From: Candidatus Omnitrophota bacterium
Lineage (GTDB): Bacteria; Omnitrophota; Gorgyraeia; Zapsychrales; Fredricksoniimonadaceae
Direction of reading: 5' to 3'
NCBI GenBank assembly: GCA_031386565.1
Contig: JANNCL010000267.1
Span: forward strand, 1-35,642
Length of the DNA: 35,642 nt
The position numbers were made by a program, and so were the translations under genes. This document shows, one piece after another, positions 8,901 through 14,800 of this stretch. The notes under the pieces are model-generated. The model searched no databases, was not told where the DNA came from, and was given only the letters and a program-made list of their open reading frames with translations. Numbering within the stretch: position 1 is the first letter of the stretch; each line of letters opens with the position of its first letter.

Positions 8901-9019
8901 TAAAAGCGTTGCAAGAAGCTCCGGGTTTGATCCCTTCTATTGTTAACATGCGCACTTTGCCCGCAGGACAGGAAGGCATCAACATCTTAAAGTTGTTTTT
9001 AGGGGTTCAGGCTCCTTAG
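2954..9019 (+). CDS. Giant secreted modular protein, paralog 1 (2021 aa): conserved N-module + orphan ~1500-aa cargo + conserved C-terminal tail; function unknown
   Basis: Uninterrupted 6066-nt ORF with signal peptide MLRKLGCLFLTFLLLPFSQLQA. The N-module aligns with 11889-14906 (45/58 identical over KYFLAALT..YPE) and with 35400-35642 (36/39 identical over LPVPGTMV..LD+G). The tail GGIDLTSDKMDLKLK..GLIPSIV aligns with the paralog 2 tail. Confidence 0.9.
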   Translation: MLRKLGCLFLTFLLLPFSQLQADQIVLPVPGTMVRLSPAYEPPLLKGIKVHPENPFRFEFVLDRGDQKSTVGADRDPPFLKEESKKLIKYFLAALTTPEKDLWVNLSPYEKDRIVPESFGQTEMGRDLLAQDYILKQITASLVYPEGDIGKRFWKKVYESAGNKNVPVNTFNKVWIMPDKAEVYENTKTGTAYIVRSSLKVLTEQDYLATNKNTTVGADLVSARHAGRTQGPPLRNTDNSKIIRDLVIPELTKEINQGQNFAQLRQVYNSLILATWYKKKIKDSILSQVYADKNKIKGTEYDQSIISPPLVGGARGGVRSQGQKDESPLPNPPHDGGGKNDVEAIYARYLQAFKKGAYNYIKDTDLPNGRTVPTKYFSGGARFDMAMMTTTEELSDLHLSQAVIVQANMEQAIFKEPDAAMSHDESMHKLLLEAMLWYMNRDPELSQQMVVAHHEEDLVRKFFLGRKVLNVAPEEISFSDILLEQNIMTDMRQKGIDARALAPVNKHPLWEKESFYQGVVEDMHMINADTFDDIVIARLFDPDYWETTVGKQLGQTVEQRRALYPRIAKELKRVLRDKGRLFMLSMDGNPYLFEALRHEGFKVFSLKLDKNNQLFGTLLINDKTIIEYGNGVGRTDFGSNQAMLSLADSMAWGDAKEDAGVYFRLKAFLDKDDLKDLQQYDPQQRAQLIALWLKVRWAKAFPTDHWRLLESVRSIIVNYLLKNTLLTHRERNEGAIGEFAKFGMPRFQAEMLLHWAEDVFNGKSDARFTFHQWAVASHVGDAQNAVDKFGVIVGLNEEQKNELIQYLLGQSERLYRDAEEQQKFDAIWLAVKYKWSEDSFKRFMNEHMMTHIDPEARQILRQEALEDLPMQGRERLYTRQQIADMANDAGVLWNRWEWIKARQPAIERMAAPFNGVEARKRAIIFGRLLELNLAQQKDVESYLLGALERVFVDNTEQQKFDAVWLAVKYGWTGESLVRFVQNKIIFHIDPKAAGFLRREVPDHLRIFRSEKSGGFSDGEIFAMAHDAGLLYETRWEVKHINQESQHVMQVIEEKLAKSVPLTRAPKIEPEVTQRIQQAEQKADLFFEDLHALSTLPPAQFVEELLQKMVIQEPNFERILSGQAALPDNWQDDVAAFAKRLDQRWQAWGADGISMQQRFGSIYSVMALRIGADLFATYEQAVLTHAWFFAFVSAAPPEAMVEALHMITSSHIIHLRLHGMHPYSDKLFERPVSLDVDTLYGRKGRSVGVLRNYLEAFKPLRSKVFDQRFEYDFLWGLVMGSDPSPLDPRYAENHSNDQVNVLKQGKSDDEFFRNSLREAVEQLDIDPREFELLLLEALAISDQEWEAMGYVSPYKIKMGHEISDFYIAAAQKKHVLPTGPVSLMSPDPGLLEFRGVFLKNYNKVFEGRESLRDYYIESWSALYPSLAGIKDRAQTADDKAVSESSWLDQIIKDPKIDKISEGVHVRRITFLNTALVMEIWLSDTRQHGIDAVVVNEGFPSAKKKEFRNIPRRLVFDNSAGIEKRKSMVYTLMDFLAGEILVQRIAANHKASRELEIQHKDEYLDEKVSADLQGLIGFGKFIKTIVYMIFGKTGLMYENLLNTKSRFLKAVLRLNDTDFLKQKPQLGRTYQVVFREQYYGKISISMDDRDQFYVVLIEQMYGRPLWRRIPIAQYDHLSDIIKVTLDSIEQEIGQTAVPGQGVDRAMVQGQGADRIRRGLLVSIASSLSFSPQAAVIEFPTYDEERVTGQVPGYVQSVIGRWFPRYKIILTQGGDQILWDERTKTLRFNRERFEGMNDDQLFAALAADTAYYGVKLFAKDNDALMQMGFIGAETIARAKKMLVFDHLVSDGKIPVTSTMQEEQLLSKAFLALIEQRHKLVDFEGYSLEKATLEKPLVDNNGFLQQRVVSIALENLNTRLKKRVLAKVVMDLQSGKNKVTFMPMEDSAQISSIDSKRGGIDLTSDKMDLKLKSDGGAIRFKMDPAQLKALQEAPGLIPSIVNMRTLPAGQEGINILKLFLGVQAP
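3164..3187 (+). repeat. Single REP-like unit (GTAG + 8-bp hairpin) inside the paralog 1 CDS
   Basis: GTAG GGGCGGAT CGTG ATCCGCCC: perfect 8-bp stem with a 4-nt loop. It is translated as TVGADRDPP. Confidence 0.7.
3599..3656 (+). repeat. 58-nt REPIN-like inverted doublet (two hairpins) read in frame inside the paralog 1 N-module
   Basis: GTAG GGGCCGAT CTTGT GTCGGCCC GCCATGCC GGGCGGAC ACAAG GTCCGCCC CTAC. The outer ends are GTAG/CTAC and the two loops are complementary. It encodes VGADLVSARHAGRTQGPPL. Confidence 0.85.
3873..3967 (+). repeat. C-tract/G-tract triple-hairpin cluster inserted in frame in paralog 1 only
   Basis: Three arm pairs: CCCCTCCC (3873-3880) / GGGAGGGG (3886-3893) with loop CTTGT; GGGAGGGG (3898-3905) / CCCCTCCC (3935-3942); CCCTCCCC (3946-3953) / GGGGAGGG (3960-3967). 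It encodes SPPLVGGARGGVRSQGQKDESPLPNPPHDGGG. Paralog 2 is 24 codons shorter here. Confidence 0.8.
5336..6070 (+). repeat. Internal tandem duplication (~136-aa unit, 2 copies) within the paralog 1 cargo
   Basis: Unit 1 starts at LNEEQKNELIQYLLG (5336) and unit 2 at LNLAQQKDVESYLLG (5744). 22/37 residues are identical over EQQKFDA[IV]WLAVKY..HIDP.A, and both units end with DAG[VL]L...RWE[WV]K. Confidence 0.8.
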
Positions 9020-9078
9020 GGACATAATCTTGACTATTAATAATGGTCATGATAAGCTTGGTTGAGGAGGATCTATAT

Positions 9079-9306
9079 ATGATCATTGCCGCGGGAAAAT
9101 TTAAAGCACAATGTTTAAAGATCATGGATGAAGTGCACAATCATCATCGGGAAGTGATTGTTACGAAATATGGAAAGCCTTTTGTCAAATTGACGGGGAT
9201 AAAATCAACGCCTAAAAAATCGTTATTTGGTTTAATGAAGGGGTCTGTGACCATCCATGAGGATATCATAGGGCCGTCCGGGGATAAGTGGGATGCCGAA
9301 AAGTAA
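9079..9306 (+). CDS. Phd/YefM-family antitoxin (VapB-like)
   Basis: MIIAAGKFKAQCLKIMDEVHNHHREVIVTKYGKPFVKL is a typical Phd/YefM N-terminus. GAGGAGG lies 7-8 nt upstream of ATG 9079, so the ORF-track start at 9043 is unlikely. It overlaps the PIN gene by 14 nt. Confidence 0.8.
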   Translation: MIIAAGKFKAQCLKIMDEVHNHHREVIVTKYGKPFVKLTGIKSTPKKSLFGLMKGSVTIHEDIIGPSGDKWDAEK

Positions 9307-9730
9307 TGGATCACAAGCGAAAACATTGCTTTTAGATACGCATGTTTGGCTTTGGCTGATCAATGATAGCGATCAGCTTAAGGGGGCCCGAATAGTCGGC
9401 CACATTGAAGAGTACGCGCAACACAACGGATTAAGGGTTTCCGCGATCTCTGTGTGGGAGATCGGGATGCTGGTTGCGAAGAAAAAGATCACGCTCTCTA
9501 AAGATGTTTTTTTATGGGTAAAAGAGTCGCTTAAAGAAAACGGGTTGACTGTTGAGCCTTTGAGCAATGAGATCTTATTAGAAAGCAATCTTTTAGATGT
9601 TCACGGCGATCCTGCGGACCGGATGATAATAGCTACAGCAAAATTAACGCACGCGGCGATAATGACCGCAGATAAAGCCATCATTCAGTTCTGCCGTAAG
9701 CATGATATGGAAGTTGTGCCGGTAAGCTAA
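9293..9730 (+). CDS. vapC: PIN-domain toxin VapC
   Basis: LLLDTHVWLWL (first acidic Asp), SVWEIGML, DPADRMIIATA and MTADKAI match the PIN acidic residues. It overlaps the upstream antitoxin. Confidence 0.85.
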   Translation: MPKSNGSQAKTLLLDTHVWLWLINDSDQLKGARIVGHIEEYAQHNGLRVSAISVWEIGMLVAKKKITLSKDVFLWVKESLKENGLTVEPLSNEILLESNLLDVHGDPADRMIIATAKLTHAAIMTADKAIIQFCRKHDMEVVPVS

Positions 9731-9819
9731 AATCATGGAACGCAAGAATAGGGCTTTACATTCTGTGTGCTGATATATATAATGCGCCCTACTAAACGAA
9801 GGAAAATGAAAGATAAGAT

Positions 9820-10707
9820 ATGTCTAAAACAGGAACAAAACTAAAATTAGGTATTCCCAAAGGCAGTTTGCAGGACGCCACGGTCGCTTTGTTCGAGAAA
9901 GCAGGATTTAAAGTGGTTGTTTCCTCGCGTTCGTATTTTCCGCAAATTGATGATGCCGAGATCGATCCGGTGTTATTGCGTGCCCAGGAAATGTCGCGCT
10001 ACGTTGAGGATGAAACGCTTGATTGCGGGATCACCGGTAATGACTGGATTATGGAGAATCATTCCGATGTGGTGCGTTTAAGCGAATTGCTGTACTCGAA
10101 AGCGACCACCAATAAGGTGCGCTGGGTTCTGGCTGTTCCGGAATCCTCTAATATTAAATCTGTTAAAGATCTCGAAGGCAAAAAGATCGCGACCGAAGTC
10201 GTGAATGTGGCTAAACAATATTTAGCGAAGAATAAGGTTAAGGCTGATGTTGAATTCTCATGGGGGGCGACCGAAGCTAAAGTTGCCACGGGTTTAGTCG
10301 ATGCCATTGTAGAATTAACCGAGACGGGATCGTCGCTGCGGGCCAATAAACTGCGCATTGTTGATACGTTATGTGAGTCAACAACACAGTTCATTGCCAA
10401 CAAGAAAGCATCCAAAGACCCCTGGAAACGCAAAAAGATGGAGCAGATCATCATGCTTTTGCATGGGGCATTGGCGGCCAATAATATGGTTGGCTTGAAG
10501 ATGAACGTCAACCGTAAGCATTTGGATGATGTGCTGAATATTTTAACCTCGCTAAGAAATCCGACGGTGTCGCCCTTGACCAAGGACGGCTGGGTTGCGC
10601 TGGAAATAGTTATTGATGAAGGTACGGTGCGTCAGATCATTCCCGCGCTTAAAGACGCCGGGGCTGAAGGCATCATTGAATATAGTTTAAACAAATTGAT
10701 CTACTAA
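9820..10707 (+). CDS. hisG: ATP phosphoribosyltransferase, long form
   Basis: [34 protein letters not shown], plus a C-terminal regulatory domain (PTVSPL..WVALEIV). Confidence 0.9.
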   Translation: MSKTGTKLKLGIPKGSLQDATVALFEKAGFKVVVSSRSYFPQIDDAEIDPVLLRAQEMSRYVEDETLDCGITGNDWIMENHSDVVRLSELLYSKATTNKVRWVLAVPESSNIKSVKDLEGKKIATEVVNVAKQYLAKNKVKADVEFSWGATEAKVATGLVDAIVELTETGSSLRANKLRIVDTLCESTTQFIANKKASKDPWKRKKMEQIIMLLHGALAANNMVGLKMNVNRKHLDDVLNILTSLRNPTVSPLTKDGWVALEIVIDEGTVRQIIPALKDAGAEGIIEYSLNKLIY

Positions 10708-10723
10708 CAACAGAAAGGGTTCT

Positions 10724-10825
10724 ATGCCTTGCGGTAAGAAAAGAAAGCGCATTAAGATCCGTACGCACAAACGTAAGAAATTACGTAAAGCGTTACGTCA
10801 TCTCAAGAAACGCGCAACCCGTTAA
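10724..10825 (+). CDS. 33-aa highly basic protein, bS22 / AURKAIP1-COX24-like small ribosomal protein candidate (absent from the ORF track)
   Basis: ATG 10724 to TAA 10823-10825 gives MPCGKKRKRIKIRTHKRKKLRKALRHLKKRATR. The KKRKR-x-K-x-R/K-x-HKRKKL pattern resembles small basic bS22-type proteins. It fills the otherwise empty hisG-TPR spacer. Confidence 0.5.
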   Translation: MPCGKKRKRIKIRTHKRKKLRKALRHLKKRATR

Positions 10826-10839
10826 TTTAAGGGAAAAAG

Positions 10840-11820
10840 ATGTTGAAATTAGTAGTTTCAGTCATAGCTTTTGCGTATGTCTGTGCCTTAAGCGTCTATG
10901 CCGGGGATGAGTATGTACAGACGCGGTCTAAGGCATTGGCGCATTTTATCATGGCTGAGATACACGATTTTAACGGCAACAGCACCGATGCGATCACGGA
11001 GTACGAACGGTCTTCTGCCTTAGACAGGGCGCAACCTTTACCTCATTTGCATCTTGCCTCTTATTATGCCCGGGCCGGGCTTTTGACGAAAGCCCAGGAA
11101 CAGTTAAAAGATGTAGCGGCCATCGAACCAAACAATGCCCAAGCGCATTATCTGATGGCGTTGGTATATTCTTCCCAAAAAAAATATGATCTGGCGGCCA
11201 AAGAATACGAGCTAATCATTTCCTCTAAGCTTGATAGTACTCCTGAGAATCTTGATATCCATACTAATTTGGCCCAGCTGTATTTTTCCCAGAAAAAGTA
11301 TTCCAAAGCCATCGAAGAGTTCCAGCAAATTGTGATCATTGAGCCGAATAATACTTCTGCCTATTATTTAATGGGCTCTTCGTTCTTAGAGATCAATGAT
11401 CAGCAAAATGCCAAGGAACAATTTAAGAAAGTTCTGAAATTAGAACCGGGCAATGACGGGGCGCTTAATTCTCTGGCGTATATTTATTCCCAATTAGGCG
11501 AAAATCTAGATGAAGCGTTGGTACTGGCCAAGAAAGCCGTTGAGATCGATGCAACCAACGGCGCTTATTATGACACCTTGGGTTGGGTGCTGCATCAAAA
11601 AGGGTTGCAGACGGACAGTTTATTAGCGTTACAAAAAGCAGAAATGTATATCAAAGACCCGGTATTGTATGACCATATGGGTGATGTTTATAAGTCCATC
11701 GGCGAATTCGCTCTGGCGCGTAAATATTGGCGTAAATCCATTGAGCTTGATCCTAAGCAAAGCAGTGTTCAGGAAAAGATCAGTAGTTTAGAAAAGATCC
11801 AAGCCTTAAAAGAGCAGTAA
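10840..11820 (+). CDS. Secreted tetratricopeptide-repeat (TPR) protein
   Basis: Signal peptide (LVVSVIAFAYVCALSVYA) followed by repeated A..Y..LA.aY...g.y..A...f.kal.l.P.n units. Confidence 0.8.
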   Translation: MLKLVVSVIAFAYVCALSVYAGDEYVQTRSKALAHFIMAEIHDFNGNSTDAITEYERSSALDRAQPLPHLHLASYYARAGLLTKAQEQLKDVAAIEPNNAQAHYLMALVYSSQKKYDLAAKEYELIISSKLDSTPENLDIHTNLAQLYFSQKKYSKAIEEFQQIVIIEPNNTSAYYLMGSSFLEINDQQNAKEQFKKVLKLEPGNDGALNSLAYIYSQLGENLDEALVLAKKAVEIDATNGAYYDTLGWVLHQKGLQTDSLLALQKAEMYIKDPVLYDHMGDVYKSIGEFALARKYWRKSIELDPKQSSVQEKISSLEKIQALKEQ

Positions 11821-11850
11821 GTTCACCTCCGGTTTTTTAGCCTCCCCAAC

Positions 11851-11880
11851 TTGATTTTGGCTCTCCTGTATGTATATACT
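11851..11880 (+). promoter_or_regulatory. Putative promoter of paralog 2
   Basis: TTGATT (11851-11856), 18-nt spacer, TATACT (11875-11880). Only 8 nt separate it from ATG 11889 and there is no SD. Confidence 0.35.
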
Positions 11881-11888
11881 ATTGCGTC

Positions 11889-14800
11889 ATGCGGAAAACG
11901 ATATTTAGCCTAGTTTTGGTCAGCTTCTTGATCAGTAACATCAATATTCCTTTGCTTAGGGCAGGGGAAGTTGTTGTGCCCATCATGCCCAAGCCGGGCA
12001 CCATGGTTTCTTTAAGTCCTATCTTTACCCCGGCTTATCTTAAAGGGATTGTTATTCATCCCGACAATGCCCTGCAATTCGACTTTTTGATCAACAAAGG
12101 CGATGGAAATTTAAACACTCAAGAAAAGAATCAGGAATATACTAAACTAGTCAAATACTTCCTGGCGGCACTCACCGTCCCGGATCAAGACCAATGGGTG
12201 AACTTAAGCCCGTATGAAAAAGACCGCATTATTAAAGATGACTTCGGCAAGACCGAAATGGGCCGCGACCTTTTGGGTCAAGATTATTTGTTAAAGCAGA
12301 TCACCTCATCTTTAATGTATCCCGAATCTGGTTTAGGCAAAAATTTCTGGGATAAAGTCTATGCCAAAGCCCAAGAAGAATTTGGCAACACCAATATCCC
12401 CGTCAACACATTCAACAAAGTCTGGATCGTGCCAGATCAAGCCATTGTTTATGAAAGCGGCAATATTGCGTATGTAGGGCGCAGTCATTTGAAAGTGATG
12501 TTGGAAGAAGATTATCTTGCCATCAACAAAAATAAATCCGTAGGGGAGGACCTTGTGTCCTCCCGCCATGCCGGGCCGATACAAGATCGGCCCCTACAAA
12601 ATACCGATCAAGCACAAATAATCCGTGAACTCATCCTCCCCGAATTAGAAAAAGAAGTCAACCAAGGCAAAAATTTCGCCCAATTACGCCAAGTTTTTAG
12701 CGGCATGATCCTAGCCACTTGGTATAAAAAAGCATTGAAAGAATCTTTGTTAGCCAAAATTTACGCAGATAAAAATAAAACTAAAGGAACGGGATATACA
12801 AAAAGCATTCTCAACCGAAGCCAACCTGGGAAACAACCAAACGACATCGAGCTTGTGTACCAGCAATACCTCCAAGCCTTTAAGAAAGGCGTATACAACT
12901 ATATTAAAGAGGACACAGACAAATACACACATCAACCCATTCCCAGAAAATATTTTGCGGGTGGGGTGAATGGCATTCCAAAAAATGTTCTAGAAGTACG
13001 CCAAGGCACAAGCCCGGCAATGACGGCGGAAGTAAACACCCTTGATGCCGCGCAAGTTAGTTTAGATAGTAAAAAAGCAGATGCGGCGATGAATATTCAA
13101 GAAATACAATCTTACAGCCAATGGGTAGTTCGGATATTGACGACCGGTGTACCGTTGACATTTACAACTGTTTCAGCTCAGGCAGCACAATTTCAAGAAT
13201 TTGTATCAACATATCCTTGGTTAGCAACGGGTTCTGCAATAGGGCTGACGGCTGCAACATGGTTTGGGTATTATTTGTGGAGTATGTTTCATACGTTAAA
13301 GGGAATGGGGCGTGCTTATGACCAGAAAATAGTGAGCAAGGAACAATTTCGTGCGTGGCTAGATGAATATCTTCCCACACAAAGCGACGCAATATTGATT
13401 GGCTTATTGAACCACCGACAGATGGCAGTTCGGGAAAAATCTGCGGAAATATTAGTGCGTTTGAAAACTAGAAGGGCTTCTCAAGAAGAGGTGATCCAAG
13501 CATTGTTGGGAAGACTTGGCGATTATGATCCTGTTCATCAGAGGGCATTATTAGGATTGAAGGAATTAGGAGTAAGCCAAGAACTCCTATTGAGCGAATA
13601 TCATGTCATTGTCTGGAATGCAGATAACTCAACATTTATGCGCTTGGGAGGAGACTCCGAACGCTCCTCTTTTGAGTCTGTTAACAAAGCCATCAAATTT
13701 TTTAGTGAAATAGGTGAACAAGGCAGGGATGAATTAGTTGCTATAGGTAAAAATCATCCAAGTGAAGGTGTTCGAAAGCGAGCGGGAGAAATTGTATCCA
13801 GGATAGTATGGGATTATGGGACATGGGGTTCAACTTATACTTTGGATGATGTCGAAATGGCAATAAAAATGTTAGGAAGAATGGGGTCGGTAGGGTTGTA
13901 TGAATTATCCAGAATAAAAGGGGAAGATCTTGACCGCAGGGTTATTGAAATGGCGAAAAATCAAATAGACGCGGCGATGGGGGAGAATTTGAGTTATAAG
14001 GGCAAGGACTTTGAAATCAGCTCGCAAGGACTATTGATTGGCACAATATATTCAATTTATTTTCTTTTACGTGAAAGGGCTATTGCTTCGAAGCATCCAA
14101 CGATTGCATTTGACCTAGATGGAACGATTGCTTTTTGGAACGGGAGTGAATATCTGATAAGACCCGGAATCGAAGAACAAATCCGTAAGCTTAAACAAAG
14201 GGGTTTTCGTATAGTTTTATGGACGTCAGCACCAAGAGAGCATGTTCGTGTTAACTTTATTGAAAAGAATTCTGCAATTGCTAATTTTTTTGATTTAGTT
14301 ATTTCCAGAGAAAGTTTCAGCCCTTTAATAGAAAATGAGCAAGCAATGAAAGGCGTTTATGCAAGATTTATGAAGATTCCAGTAAGTGATTTTATGGAAA
14401 GAATTCATAGAACATATTTTGCGACTAACAATGATTGGGGATTTAAGGATTTTTTGTTGCTGGGATACAAGTTCTTAGTTGATGATACACCGCTCAAGAT
14501 TTTAAAAGGTCAGCCTTATCCTCTAATCCAAGAGTACAAGATGAGGTACATGCAGGCGGGATTTTTCTACACTAATTCTCAAGGAGTGAGTCTGGGTGAC
14601 GATTATCCGATAGGAAATCTAGCTGATACGATTCAAGAAAAAATTGAGCAAGCTGACAAATCATTTGGTGGTGGTACTGATGTTGATGTGGCTGGAAATG
14701 TATTAGATGCGGCGATGAAAGATCCCGGCGGTATTGACATGAACTCCGCTAATTTGGATTTGCAGATTAAGCGTGATGGTAAAGGGGTGCCTTTGCCGCT

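Noticed and set aside
9748-9795. TAGGGC ... GCGCCCTAC inverted 6-mers in the vapC-hisG spacer, considered as a decayed REP-like element.
   Set aside because: Only 6 bp pair across a ~30-nt loop, and the conserved loop and spacer are missing. The evidence is insufficient.
10059-10583. 174-aa minus-strand ORF inside hisG. Similar long antisense ORFs occur at 31722-32195 (lpxD), 34837-35301 (lpxI), 16976-17365 (ispE), 14877-15281 and 19283-19606.
   Set aside because: All lie entirely opposite confidently identified genes. They have no RBS, no recognisable motifs and a skewed composition (Ser/Arg/Leu-rich), which is typical of shadow ORFs.
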